Below are positions 25,537 to 35,512 of a DNA stretch of 54,954 bases, piece after piece. The translations under genes and the position numbers were made by a program. The notes beneath the pieces are model-generated. The model was not told the DNA's origin, searched no databases, and saw only the letters and a list, made by a program, of their open reading frames with translations. How positions within the stretch are numbered: the stretch's first letter is position 1; each line of letters opens with the position of its first letter. Source of the stretch: an uncultured Candidatus Saccharibacteria bacterium (lineage in GTDB: Bacteria > Patescibacteriota > Minisyncoccia > Phycocordibacterales > Zambryskibacteraceae); contig CAYVDB010000002.1 in assembly GCA_964450705.1 (NCBI GenBank), positions 1-54,954 on the forward strand, in the 5' to 3' direction.

Positions 25537-26100
25537 ATGGCTGTTATAAAACAAAAGGATCAACGTGTTGGAATTTTTATTGATACACAAAACCTCTACC
25601 ATAGCGCGAAAAATCTACACCACGGGAAGGTAAACTTCTCTCAGGTAGTAAAAGACGCTCTTGCGGGACGGGTACTAATTAGAGCAATAGCATACGTAAT
25701 TACTACAGAATCAGGTGAGGAACGAGGGTTTTTTGAGGCACTCGAAAAGGCTGGTATTGAAACAAAAACAAAGAACCTTCAAATATTTTATGGTGGAGCA
25801 AAAAAAGCCGACTGGGACGTGGGCCTTGCAATGGATGTTGTAAAAATGGCTCACAAACTCGATACTGTCATACTAGTATCAGGAGACGGAGACTTCATAC
25901 CGCTTATTGAATACCTTAAAAATACTCACGGATGCCAAGTAGAGGTGGCTTCATTTGGCAAATCATCGTCTGGAAAACTTATAGAAGCAAGTGATGACTT
26001 TTTAGATCTAGATCAAAACCCAAAAAAATACATAATGAGAAACTATATACGGCCAAAGAAAACAAAAAACATTATTTCTTCAGAAGAAGCTTCCGAATAA
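25537..26100 (+). CDS. NYN-domain (LabA-like) protein
   Basis: VGIFIDTQNLYHSAKNL and ILVSGDGDFIPLIEYLK. Confidence 0.75.
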   Translation: MAVIKQKDQRVGIFIDTQNLYHSAKNLHHGKVNFSQVVKDALAGRVLIRAIAYVITTESGEERGFFEALEKAGIETKTKNLQIFYGGAKKADWDVGLAMDVVKMAHKLDTVILVSGDGDFIPLIEYLKNTHGCQVEVASFGKSSSGKLIEASDDFLDLDQNPKKYIMRNYIRPKKTKNIISSEEASE

Positions 26101-26165
26101 AAAGCAAACTAAGAGTTGCGCTTCGGGTCGAACATAAACCCGTGATAGAATGAGACGACAGTCTC

Positions 26166-27353
26166 ATGGCAGGAGAACAAAACAATCCTCTAGATTTTGC
26201 TGACGATAAAATTAGCGAAATCGAACAGAAAATCCTTAAAAAGGATTCTTCTAACCAACAAAAACAGCAAGAAATATTTGCACGTATTAACGGCATGCAA
26301 AAAGAGTCTGAAGAAAATACAAACCCGATCGCTCAAAACTCTCTTTCAAAAAACGATTTCCCTATAAAAAGTCTCCGAACTTTTCAGGGAGATGTCGCTC
26401 AAGCAATAAAAGAACAGAATGCTTCTTACGTTACAATAGCCCTTGCAGAAAAAAGAAAACAAGAAACGGAAACCCGTCAGCAAAAAGGGCCTGCGCAGTT
26501 CATAGAAGAAAGGCCGAAGCCTATTTATGAAAAACCGGTTACACCAATCATTACCGAGAAAGTTAGCCCTGTAGTTACTCCTAAAAACCCTGAACTCAAA
26601 AAAAACATCTTATTATCTATAGGAAGTGCTCTATTTATACTGATCGGAATCGGCTCAGTGACTTTTTTCTACTTACTTCAAAAAGAAGCTGATAAAGCGA
26701 TTATCGAAACACCAACAGGAACTTCAGTGGTGGGCTGGACAGAGAAAGAAACTTTCTCTATTACCGGAAAAGACAAGGAAGACTTCACTGATTATGTATA
26801 TAAAACTAGGGGAGAGAAAACTTTAGGCGAAGGGGAAATATTTTATGTAGAGATCACAGACTCTCTTGGTAACGAAAGCACACCTCAAGATTTCTTCACC
26901 ACTTTAAAAATTGGCGCCCCAGCAAATCTCGTTCGAGCATTCAATAAAAAAATGATGTTTGGCTTCTTTCGTCTTAAAGACACAAACATACCATTTCTTT
27001 TGTTAAGCCTTGAATCTTTTGATAGAAGTTTTGACGGCATGCTCTCGTGGGAAAAAACGATGTTTAATGATATTGGAGAGTTTTTTAATCAAAATATTCT
27101 ACCTATATACGAAACGCCAAGTACAGCAACTTCTTCAGAAGTGAAGAATATAATAACTCTCAACGAAGCACTTCAAAAAGAGTTCACAGATGAAACTCTG
27201 TTCAATAAAGACACTCGTATTTTAGAAAATACAAAAGGAGAAACAATCCTCCTTTATTCTTTCCTAGATAAAGAAACCTTACTTATTACTTCAAACGAAG
27301 AGCTGGTACGAGAACTAATAAATAAGCTTGTCTCTCAGAAGCTCATCCGATAA
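26166..27353 (+). CDS. single-TM hypothetical protein (395 aa)
   Basis: Charged N-terminal region, TM ILLSIGSALFILIGIGSVTFFYLL, and a ~210-aa external domain. No family recognised. Confidence 0.5.
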   Translation: MAGEQNNPLDFADDKISEIEQKILKKDSSNQQKQQEIFARINGMQKESEENTNPIAQNSLSKNDFPIKSLRTFQGDVAQAIKEQNASYVTIALAEKRKQETETRQQKGPAQFIEERPKPIYEKPVTPIITEKVSPVVTPKNPELKKNILLSIGSALFILIGIGSVTFFYLLQKEADKAIIETPTGTSVVGWTEKETFSITGKDKEDFTDYVYKTRGEKTLGEGEIFYVEITDSLGNESTPQDFFTTLKIGAPANLVRAFNKKMMFGFFRLKDTNIPFLLLSLESFDRSFDGMLSWEKTMFNDIGEFFNQNILPIYETPSTATSSEVKNIITLNEALQKEFTDETLFNKDTRILENTKGETILLYSFLDKETLLITSNEELVRELINKLVSQKLIR

Positions 27354-27389
27354 AAGCCCCCCTTAGGCCTTCCTAAAGAAAGAGGCTCC

Positions 27390-27398
27390 TGCTATGAT
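27390..27398 (+). promoter_or_regulatory. extended -10 promoter, leaderless
   Basis: TGC TATGAT, then 6 nt to the ATG at 27405. Confidence 0.45.
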
Positions 27399-27404
27399 AA
27401 CCCC

Positions 27405-27761
27405 ATGAAAGAACACACCCAGAAATTTAAAGAGAAACTCGAAAGCGAAAAAAACCTTCTTGAAAAAGAGCTTTCTTCTGTTGGTCGAGTTAATCCAGAA
27501 AACCCCCTCGATTGGGAAGCAAAAGCAAGTGACCTTGACACCCTTTCTGCAGATGAAAATGAAGTAGCGGACACTATAGAAGAATATGAAGAAAATACAG
27601 CGGTTTTAAAACAACTTGAAACAAGATACAACGAAGTTAAAAATGCACTTCAAAATATAGAGAGTGGCACATACGGCTTGTGTACTATTTGCGGAAAAGA
27701 AATAGAAGAAGCTCGCCTTGAAGCAAATCCTGCGGCAACAACCTGCCAAGAACACATGTAA
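27405..27761 (+). CDS. DksA/TraR-family C4-type zinc-finger protein
   Basis: Coiled-coil N-terminus and CTICGKEIEEARLEANPAATTCQEH. Confidence 0.75.
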   Translation: MKEHTQKFKEKLESEKNLLEKELSSVGRVNPENPLDWEAKASDLDTLSADENEVADTIEEYEENTAVLKQLETRYNEVKNALQNIESGTYGLCTICGKEIEEARLEANPAATTCQEHM

Positions 27762-27767
27762 CACGTT

Positions 27768-29294
27768 ATGAGCTTTGCGAAGGTACACAGCGCTCAGACA
27801 TTTCTCCTCTCTCCCCATATCGTAGATATAGAAGTGGATACCTCAAAAGGTCTCCACTCTTTTTCTATAGTGGGGCTTCCAGATAAGGCGGTGGAAGAAT
27901 CTCGAGATCGGATTAGCGCAGCAATCAAAAACTCTGGTTTTAAATCTCCTAAAAGCAAAAATGAAAAAGTTGTAATTTCCCTAGCTCCTGCGGACCTAAA
28001 AAAAGAAGGCCCTGTGTACGATCTTGGTATTGCGGTAGCGTATCTTAAAGCAGTAGGGGACATTACATTTGATAGCACTTCGAGCATATTTCTTGGAGAA
28101 CTTGCCCTCGATGGAAAGGTTCGTAAAATATCGGGGGTTCTTCCGTTAGTACAAAAGGCAAAGGAAAAGGGTTTTCAAAACATATTTGTGCCTAAAGAAA
28201 ACGCAGAGGAAGCTGCATTAATTGAGGGAATTAATATATTTGGAGTAGAATCTCTCGATTCTCTTATACTTCACTTTAAGAAAGAAAACCCTAATGTATT
28301 ACCACAACAACCAAAGACTTATCTAGAGCAAGAAAAAATTGTGCTCGAAATTCAATTCGAAGATATCCGCGGACAAGAAACTGCAAAAAGAGGCCTCGAA
28401 ATTGCAGCTGCTGGCGGGCATAACATTGCGCTTTACGGGCCACCAGGGACAGGAAAAACAATGCTTGCAAAAGCGTTTGCTTCTATATTGCCGCCGCTTT
28501 CTCTTGAAGAAGCACTCGAAGTAACAAGTATTCACTCTGTAGCGGGAATATTACAAAAACCCATAGTAATCCCCCCCTTCCGCTCTCCACATCACACCTC
28601 ATCTTACGTTGCGCTTGTCGGAGGAGGTGCAACGCCTCGACCAGGAGAGATTACTTTGGCTCACAAGGGTGTACTTTTTTTAGATGAATTCCCTGAGTTT
28701 GAACGGAGGGTTCTCGAAGCACTACGTCAACCCCTTGAAGAGCGCGTAGTCTCAATATCGCGCGCAAAAGGAAGCGCACAATTTCCTGCCCACTTTATAC
28801 TTATTGCCGCCATGAATCCGTGCCCCTGTGGAAACTTTGGCTTTAGGGGTAAAGAATGTACTTGCGCGCCTATACACCTTCTCAAGTATCAAAGGAAGCT
28901 TTCTGGGCCTCTCATGGAAAGAATTGATCTCTGGCTTGAAGTTCCCCGAATTGAACACGAAAAATTAGGAAATGAAACCTTAGGCGGAGAATCTTCTGAG
29001 ATAATTAGGCAAAGAGTTATGGACGCTAGAAAAGTACAAAAAGACCGCCTAGGAAGATTCTCAAAAACAACAAATGGAGAAATGTCAGTGAAAGATCTGG
29101 TCCGTTTAGTTGAGCTTAATACTGAAGCAAAAAGTATCCTAAACGTATCTGCTGAGAAAATCGGCTTTTCTCCTCGTGTTTACCACAAAGTTATAAAGGT
29201 CGCCCGTACTATTGCCGACCTAGACCGAAGCGAGAGCGTGCTTCCAGAACATGTTCTCGAAGCAATTCAATACAGACCAAAAGAACGTTCTTGA
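27768..29294 (+). CDS. YifB/ComM-family Mg-chelatase-like AAA+ ATPase
   Basis: N-terminal Lon-like ChlI domain, Walker A GPPGTGKTM, GVLFLDEFPEF, and the CPCG zinc motif. Confidence 0.85.
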   Translation: MSFAKVHSAQTFLLSPHIVDIEVDTSKGLHSFSIVGLPDKAVEESRDRISAAIKNSGFKSPKSKNEKVVISLAPADLKKEGPVYDLGIAVAYLKAVGDITFDSTSSIFLGELALDGKVRKISGVLPLVQKAKEKGFQNIFVPKENAEEAALIEGINIFGVESLDSLILHFKKENPNVLPQQPKTYLEQEKIVLEIQFEDIRGQETAKRGLEIAAAGGHNIALYGPPGTGKTMLAKAFASILPPLSLEEALEVTSIHSVAGILQKPIVIPPFRSPHHTSSYVALVGGGATPRPGEITLAHKGVLFLDEFPEFERRVLEALRQPLEERVVSISRAKGSAQFPAHFILIAAMNPCPCGNFGFRGKECTCAPIHLLKYQRKLSGPLMERIDLWLEVPRIEHEKLGNETLGGESSEIIRQRVMDARKVQKDRLGRFSKTTNGEMSVKDLVRLVELNTEAKSILNVSAEKIGFSPRVYHKVIKVARTIADLDRSESVLPEHVLEAIQYRPKERS

Positions 29295-29296
29295 GA

Positions 29297-30214
29297 CTAA
29301 AAAGGATTCTTTGCTCCTCGCACCTCAAAATGCAAATGTGCCCCTGTTGCTTTCCCAGTTTGCCCAACATAACCAATTACCTGCCCTTGTTCGACTGTTT
29401 CGCCTTGCTTAACAGTATTCTCTTGATTATGAGAGTACAGAGTCTGAGTGCCGTTATCGTGCTGAATAACAATATAGGTACCGTACCCTCCATTCCAACC
29501 ACCGTTTCGACTTACAATCACAAGACCTTTTGCAGAAGCGAGAATTGGAGTGCCTGCCTTTGCCGCAATATCTACTGCGTTATAACCGTGAATTCCTTGC
29601 GTTCTCTTTCCTGAAACTGGGCGGAGATAATACCCAGCGTACTCTTTAACGCTCTGAATAATTTTTGTGCGGATAACACCAGAAGAAGAACTTTGAGACA
29701 GAATTTCTCCGTCAGGAACAATAATAATATCCCCAACTGCAAGAGTGGTCTTTTCTGTAACGTTGTTATAAGTCTTAACCTCTTCTAAATCGCCTTTATA
29801 TGTCTTAGTTATAGACGCGAGCGTATCACCCTTTTTTACAACGTGGCGAACTCCAGAAACAGGGAGTATCACCAAAGTTTGGCCTGGAGAAATAGTCGAG
29901 CCTTGAATGTCATTTGACCATCGAATGGTATTTATTGAAACACCAAACATTTTAGCAATCGTTCCGAGAGTATCCCCCTTCCGCACAACATATATACTAA
30001 TCTTATCTGATATAGGATGATCCTTTTTATTTTCAACCAACCCTCCCGAAGGGCCGTCCTCCGCAATAAGAGCTGTATCATCAATAATAAAATTACTATC
30101 TGAAGAAAAACCCAAGTTTGGATCCGGGTTAAGTGTCGCTTGTAAAAGGGGCATTGTTTGAGAGTTTTCGAGAGATACTTCTTCTGCCTCCGCAGAAGAA
30201 AAGAGATTTGCCAT
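29297..30214 (-). CDS. LysM-domain M23 peptidoglycan endopeptidase (true start probably upstream, non-canonical)
   Basis: Two LysM repeats (YVVRKGDTLGTIAKMF; HVVKKGDTLASITKTY). M23 motifs HGYNAVDI and GATGAHLHFEV. The reading frame stays open upstream to 30451 and encodes a TM segment without any ATG, GTG or TTG. Confidence 0.8.
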   Translation of the reverse strand: MANLFSSAEAEEVSLENSQTMPLLQATLNPDPNLGFSSDSNFIIDDTALIAEDGPSGGLVENKKDHPISDKISIYVVRKGDTLGTIAKMFGVSINTIRWSNDIQGSTISPGQTLVILPVSGVRHVVKKGDTLASITKTYKGDLEEVKTYNNVTEKTTLAVGDIIIVPDGEILSQSSSSGVIRTKIIQSVKEYAGYYLRPVSGKRTQGIHGYNAVDIAAKAGTPILASAKGLVIVSRNGGWNGGYGTYIVIQHDNGTQTLYSHNQENTVKQGETVEQGQVIGYVGQTGKATGAHLHFEVRGAKNPF

Positions 30215-30522
30215 AAAAGAAAGGAGGCCAGCAGAAACCCCAATCGGTATCCCAAAGAGAAGAATAGCTAATAAAAGATTAGCCGCAAAAGATTTCGTAT
30301 TGTTTTTTATAGTCGAGACGACCGAGAAACCAGAAGGACGTCCCCAAAAGCCATTCTTAAAGACTAAAATAAGCCTAAAAATAATGATAATTCTGTCTTC
30401 CCGAGAAAAATATGGCTCTACTGAGCCATATAAGCATTTCTTTCTGTATTCCTAGACCAAATCATTATACCTGAAGGAATGACGAGGTCAATTGCAATAA
30501 ATCAGTAGATATGCGGATGAAA

Positions 30523-30531
30523 TGATATAGT
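30523..30531 (+). promoter_or_regulatory. extended -10 promoter, leaderless helicase gene
   Basis: TGA TATAGT, then 6 nt to the ATG at 30538. Confidence 0.45.
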
Positions 30532-30537
30532 GTGTCG

Positions 30538-32457
30538 ATGACTTTGAATATCTCTCAACAAAAAGCTGTTGATGCTCAAGAAGGCCCGGTACTTATCCTT
30601 GCTGGAGCGGGAGCAGGAAAGACAAAAACTATTGTGGAAAGAATTGCCCATCTTGTGGCCCAAGGGGTACCTGGAGAATCCATCCTCGCAATAACATTTA
30701 CAAACAAAGCGGCCGAAGAAATGCGAGAAAGAGTTCTAAAAACACTTGAATCACGATCCCTTACTAGCAGAAACACCCTTCCTTTTGTGAGCACCTTCCA
30801 TGCTCTTGGTGTTTTTATCATACGAGAAAACGCAGAAAGAATAGGCTTACGAAAACATTTTAAAATCCTCGACCGAAGTGACTCTAAACAAGCAATAAAA
30901 GAATCCTTGATTGAAAACGGGTTTGATCCAAAACAGTTCGACCCTGGGAAAATTCTTGGAATAATTTCTCGAGAAAAAGGAAATGCGGTGACTTGTGAGG
31001 AATACGAGCTAAACACAATGGGCGATTTTATACAGAATGTAGTTACTCGAACATGGAAGGCTTACCAAAACAAATTAAAAAAAGAACACGCCCTTGATTT
31101 CGACGACTTACTTCTCACGACGTTAAAATTGCTAGAGAACAAAGAAATCGCTCAAAAATACCAGAAAGAATGGCGGTATCTCCACATTGACGAATATCAA
31201 GACACTAATGTAGTACAGTACAAGATTGCAAAAATACTCGCCCTCGAACACAAAAATATCTGCGTTGTAGGGGACATAGATCAAAATATTTACAGTTGGC
31301 GTGGGGCTCGGCTAAAAAACATACTCAACTTTGAACACGACTACCCTGGGGCACAAGTTATTCTTCTTGAAGAAAATTACCGCTCAACCCAAACAATTCT
31401 TGATATTGCCAATAATATAATCTCAAAAAATGAGTTCAGAAAAGAAAAAAATCTATTTACAAAAAATGGTAAAGGTGAGCTTGTAAGTCTTTACGAGGCA
31501 TACGACGAAATAAGCGAGGCTGAATTTGTTGCGACTCGCGTGAAAGGTCTCATTGAAAATGGAATCTCTCCAGAAGAAATTGCCGTGCTCTATCGAGCAA
31601 ATTTTCAATCTCGCGCTCTTGAAGAAGCATGCCTTTCATATGGAGTGAACTACCAATTACTCGGCACTCGCTTCTTCGAGCGGAAAGAGGTGAAAGACGT
31701 TATTTCATACATAAGACTCTCGTTAAATAACGACAGTTTGTCAGATCTTAAGAGAATAATAAACATCCCAGCACGAGGAATTGGGAAAGTCTCCCTTCTC
31801 AAAATTATAGAAGGCAAAAAAGACTCTCTCCCAAAAAGCTCTCGTACTGCTTATGAAAGTTTTCTCGAGAAACTAACAGCTATCAGAAAAAAAATAGAAG
31901 AAAGCACTCCAGGAGAATCCCTGCGATTCATTTTGGAGACAACAGGAATCGAGAAAGAATTCTCGACCGGCAAAGGAGAGGATGAAGAGCGGTTAGAAAA
32001 CGTTCGCGAACTTGTTTCAATCGCCTCTAGATACGATACAAAAGATGGACTTACCGGCATGGAAGAATTCTTAACTCACGCAAGTCTCCAGAGCGATCAG
32101 GATGAACTTTCAGGAGATAAGAAAGGGGTTCGTCTTATGACAGTACATGCCTCAAAAGGACTTGAATTCGAGTATGTATTTATTACCGGCCTTGAAGAAG
32201 GACTTTTCCCACACGAAACAGTAAACCATGGGCCAAAAAACGAAGACGACGAGGAAGAACGACGCCTTTTTTACGTTGCTCTCACAAGAGCAAAAAAGAA
32301 ATTATTCCTTTCCTACGCACAGACTCGAACTTTGTTTGGAAAAAGACAGATAAACATACCTTCAGAGTTTCTTTATGACATTCCTGAAGAGCATATCATT
32401 AGAGAAGAGGGGACATTCGGACTCCTAAGAAAACCGCTTATAAATATCGATTTCTAG
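30538..32457 (+). CDS. UvrD/PcrA-family ATP-dependent DNA helicase
   Basis: LILAGAGAGKTKT (Walker A), HIDEYQDTN, YRSTQ and VHASKGLEF. ATG 30538 is preferred over the ORF-track GTG at 30532, which abuts the -10 box. Confidence 0.9.
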   Translation: MTLNISQQKAVDAQEGPVLILAGAGAGKTKTIVERIAHLVAQGVPGESILAITFTNKAAEEMRERVLKTLESRSLTSRNTLPFVSTFHALGVFIIRENAERIGLRKHFKILDRSDSKQAIKESLIENGFDPKQFDPGKILGIISREKGNAVTCEEYELNTMGDFIQNVVTRTWKAYQNKLKKEHALDFDDLLLTTLKLLENKEIAQKYQKEWRYLHIDEYQDTNVVQYKIAKILALEHKNICVVGDIDQNIYSWRGARLKNILNFEHDYPGAQVILLEENYRSTQTILDIANNIISKNEFRKEKNLFTKNGKGELVSLYEAYDEISEAEFVATRVKGLIENGISPEEIAVLYRANFQSRALEEACLSYGVNYQLLGTRFFERKEVKDVISYIRLSLNNDSLSDLKRIINIPARGIGKVSLLKIIEGKKDSLPKSSRTAYESFLEKLTAIRKKIEESTPGESLRFILETTGIEKEFSTGKGEDEERLENVRELVSIASRYDTKDGLTGMEEFLTHASLQSDQDELSGDKKGVRLMTVHASKGLEFEYVFITGLEEGLFPHETVNHGPKNEDDEEERRLFYVALTRAKKKLFLSYAQTRTLFGKRQINIPSEFLYDIPEEHIIREEGTFGLLRKPLINIDF

Positions 32458-32458
32458 T

Positions 32459-33259
32459 ATGAAAGCAAAAAAAAGTCTCGGACAAAACTTTCTGAAATCA
32501 AAGAGAATCATTGAGCACATTCTTGACGAGAGTAACTTAGATAAGGAAACTGCGGTCCTTGAGATAGGTCCTGGGAAAGGAATCCTGACTGAATCCCTAC
32601 TAAAACGAGTAAAAAAAGTTATTGCTATAGAAAAAGACTCCCGCTTAATACCTATACTTCAAGAAAAGTTTAGTGAGGATATTAAAAAAGATCATCTCCA
32701 TATAATTTCAGGCGATATCCTTGAAATTTCCAGTGAAACACTCGACGGTTTTCTAGAAAAAAAATATTCAATTGTTGCTAATATTCCGTACTACATAACC
32801 GGAGCACTTCTAAAAAAATTCTTAACAACAAAATCTCAGCCAGAAAAAATTATTTTTTTGGTTCAAAAAGAGGTTGCCGAAAGAATTCTTGCAAGAGACA
32901 AAAAAGAAAGCATTCTTTCTCTTTCCATAAAAGCATACGGGGACCCACGCTCTCCCTTTAAAGTAAAGAAAGAGAATTTTTATCCAAAACCAAAGGTTGA
33001 CTCAGCCGTACTCTGCATAGAAAACATCTCAAAAAACTTCTTCGAGGATATCTCTGAAGAAAACTTTTTTCATATTTTGCACACGGGCTTCAAAAGCAAA
33101 CGAAAAATGCTAAAAAACAATCTACAGCAAATATTTGGGAAAAATACAGAAGAGACCCTTGTTAGACTTGGTATAAAAAGCACTGAGCGTCCAGAAAATA
33201 TTGATCTAAAAACCTGGAAAACTTTAACTCGTGCCTACGAGAAACATATGTCCGTTTGA
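32459..33259 (+). CDS. rsmA: 16S rRNA (adenine1518/1519-N6)-dimethyltransferase
   Basis: KKSLGQNFL, EIGPGKGILT and ANIPYYIT. Confidence 0.9.
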   Translation: MKAKKSLGQNFLKSKRIIEHILDESNLDKETAVLEIGPGKGILTESLLKRVKKVIAIEKDSRLIPILQEKFSEDIKKDHLHIISGDILEISSETLDGFLEKKYSIVANIPYYITGALLKKFLTTKSQPEKIIFLVQKEVAERILARDKKESILSLSIKAYGDPRSPFKVKKENFYPKPKVDSAVLCIENISKNFFEDISEENFFHILHTGFKSKRKMLKNNLQQIFGKNTEETLVRLGIKSTERPENIDLKTWKTLTRAYEKHMSV

Positions 33260-33586
33260 AGGAAGAATGACGCAGGCAGGAGGAGCGCCAATGTAACACA
33301 ACTGAAGCCCTGGAGTAAATTGCCCTAACTCCCAAGTCAAAGGAACGCCTATGCGAAACCAAGGCTTCAAGATAGTTGTTCCTGGCATATATGTAAGAGC
33401 CCCAAAAGGAGGAAGGAGTGGCTGAGGATATAGAGGAGCAAAAGGAATCCATAGCATACCACTACAAGTACAAGGTACTGGAAGAGAAGGAACAAAACCA
33501 CCAAATCCTTGCAAACCAAGGGCATCTACAGAAAAAGGAGTGGAAAAACAAAAAAACAAAGCTATAAGAAAAATAGTCTTTTTCAT
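33224..33586 (-). CDS. small secreted Pro/Cys-containing protein (120 aa)
   Basis: Signal peptide MKKTIFLIALFFCFSTPFSVDA. Its ATG overlaps the TGA of the upstream gene (ATGA at 33583-33586). No family recognised. Confidence 0.5.
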   Translation of the reverse strand: MKKTIFLIALFFCFSTPFSVDALGLQGFGGFVPSLPVPCTCSGMLWIPFAPLYPQPLLPPFGALTYMPGTTILKPWFRIGVPLTWELGQFTPGLQLCYIGAPPACVILPSNGHMFLVGTS

Positions 33587-34620
33587 TGTATAAATTGTAC
33601 CAATACAGTAGCTGGATCAGAAAATCCCGCACCGTTACGGATATATATGTAAATCGGCAAAAACCTATTTCTAGAAAAGTCTGATGAAAAAGACAGGTTC
33701 TTCCATTGAGAAGCTTCGCTTAATGAGAAAGTTAGCTTATTATTTTCATCAACAAACCCTTTAATATCTCCGATACTTGTAGTGACGTTGATATCCCCCG
33801 AAGAAACGCCCTCGACTCCCAAAGTGATACTCTCACTTGATGCTCCATGGCGTACTGATAGCGGAATATCTGGAGTGATAATACGAGGACGTTCTATTGG
33901 ATTATTTGAAACAGAAAAGAATGCGCCAAAAGAAATATTGAAGGTTGTTCCTTTCTGATTAGAAACCCATACATTATAAGATCCTTCCGGGAGATTATTA
34001 GGAACTTTAACTTTTAGAGAAAACGTATCGTCACTTGAAACCCCCTCCACTTTAAATGAATCTCCGAAGTGAACAGTATTATTGGACTCCATAAATCCCT
34101 GCCCTTGGATGGCGACTTCTCCCCCCGGCCTTGCGCTCAGTGGGGTTACTGCAAACAAGCGTATTGGTAATCGAAGAAAAGAATCGAGAAGATCTTTTAC
34201 CGTTCCTGAATTATTTATTGCAGGTACTGAAATAATGTTTGGAATGTTTCCTGATGAAATCTCCGTTGATGTATTTTTAAAGGGATCTATTAGATTTAGC
34301 AATTTTTCTTGAGTTCTAGCGCCCACAATACCGGTCGGGGTAGATATGCCTAAAGGAATAAGGATTTCGTATTTATATAGTTCTTGAAAGCGCATGACTG
34401 CATCCCGTGTCTTTTGTCCAAAAAATAAAGACTCTTGCCCCGGAGATCCAGGCCCAGTTGCAACAACTTGTGTGCGAGAATCTTTATTGAGAAGAGATTG
34501 TAAGTATCGGACATCTTCGCCTGTCATTCCAAAAGAAAGCGTTCGATAGAACGTTGAAGCAAAAAGTGATGCGGGTAAAACAAGTACCAATCCAAAAAGA
34601 AAATAAACAAACAATCTCAT
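33583..34620 (-). CDS. secreted peptidoglycan-binding (PG_binding_1-like) plus IPT/TIG-like protein
   Basis: Signal peptide, then GMTGEDVRYLQSLLN...GQKTRDAVMRFQ, then SARPGGEVAIQGQGF...GSYNVWVSNQKG. Confidence 0.6.
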   Translation of the reverse strand: MRLFVYFLFGLVLVLPASLFASTFYRTLSFGMTGEDVRYLQSLLNKDSRTQVVATGPGSPGQESLFFGQKTRDAVMRFQELYKYEILIPLGISTPTGIVGARTQEKLLNLIDPFKNTSTEISSGNIPNIISVPAINNSGTVKDLLDSFLRLPIRLFAVTPLSARPGGEVAIQGQGFMESNNTVHFGDSFKVEGVSSDDTFSLKVKVPNNLPEGSYNVWVSNQKGTTFNISFGAFFSVSNNPIERPRIITPDIPLSVRHGASSESITLGVEGVSSGDINVTTSIGDIKGFVDENNKLTFSLSEASQWKNLSFSSDFSRNRFLPIYIYIRNGAGFSDPATVLVQFIQ

Positions 34621-34640
34621 ATGATTATTATACTCTAGCC

Positions 34641-34649
34641 TGTTATACT
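34641..34649 (+). promoter_or_regulatory. extended -10 promoter, leaderless first gene of T4SS-like cluster
   Basis: TGT TATACT, then 7 nt to the ATG at 34657. The 15-nt block TATACTATAAAGAAT recurs at 43454-43468. Confidence 0.45.
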
Positions 34650-34656
34650 ATAAAGA

Positions 34657-35505
34657 ATGATTGATTTCCCAACTAAAAAAATCTTCTACTTCTTTATACC
34701 AATAATTCTCGGGATGAGCATATTTGCTGTGCTCCACAAGAACTTAGATATAGAACCTTCTGGTCTTAATATTGTCTCTTCAGGAAACTCTCAAAGAGAA
34801 AAGCTCCCTGAAACAGATCTCAATAATAATAATATTCCAGACTGGCAAGAAACTTTAGAAAAAAAAGAAATACCCCTACAAAACGAAGCCACTTCATCTC
34901 CAACAAGCCTAACGGAAAAGGCTTCCGTTGAACTCTTCGCGGACTACTTAAGCATTAAGGGATCTGGAACGCTTGACACAAATTCAGTAGAAACTCTTGC
35001 GGCAAACTTTCAAAACAAAAATGCTCCAATACAGTACGAAGTGTACTCAGTAAATGACGTCAAGGTTAGCCTTCTTGAGGATCCTTCTTCTTTGCGTGAA
35101 TACGGAAACGCTATTGCAAAAATTAGAGACTTTTATGCATTACAATTCTCTCTATATAATCCTTCTGTAAAAACTCAAGCTGATCCTAATTCTTTTTGGG
35201 CAACAGCAAAAGAAGCTTCTAGGCTTTATACCGAAATGCGTGACGAGCTCGTAGCTATAAGCGTGCCGAAAAGATTTGCAGGCGCCCACGCAGAACTTCT
35301 CAACATATATACTCAAACAATAAATTCACTCCAGGACATGTCTTTGAGTGAGTCTGACCCTTTACGAGGTCTCCAAGGTTTAAATCTATATCTATCTCTT
35401 CAAGAACAAGAAGGAGAAATCCTCATATTTATAGCGCAACAGCTTGAAGAGAGTGGTATACTATTTGGAGTAGGTGAACCTGGATACTTTTTCCATTCAC
35501 TTTAG
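34657..35505 (+). CDS. membrane-anchored hypothetical protein (282 aa)
   Basis: N-terminal TM FYFFIPIILGMSIFAVL. No family recognised. Confidence 0.5.
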   Translation: MIDFPTKKIFYFFIPIILGMSIFAVLHKNLDIEPSGLNIVSSGNSQREKLPETDLNNNNIPDWQETLEKKEIPLQNEATSSPTSLTEKASVELFADYLSIKGSGTLDTNSVETLAANFQNKNAPIQYEVYSVNDVKVSLLEDPSSLREYGNAIAKIRDFYALQFSLYNPSVKTQADPNSFWATAKEASRLYTEMRDELVAISVPKRFAGAHAELLNIYTQTINSLQDMSLSESDPLRGLQGLNLYLSLQEQEGEILIFIAQQLEESGILFGVGEPGYFFHSL

Positions 35506-35512
35506 GATTATC

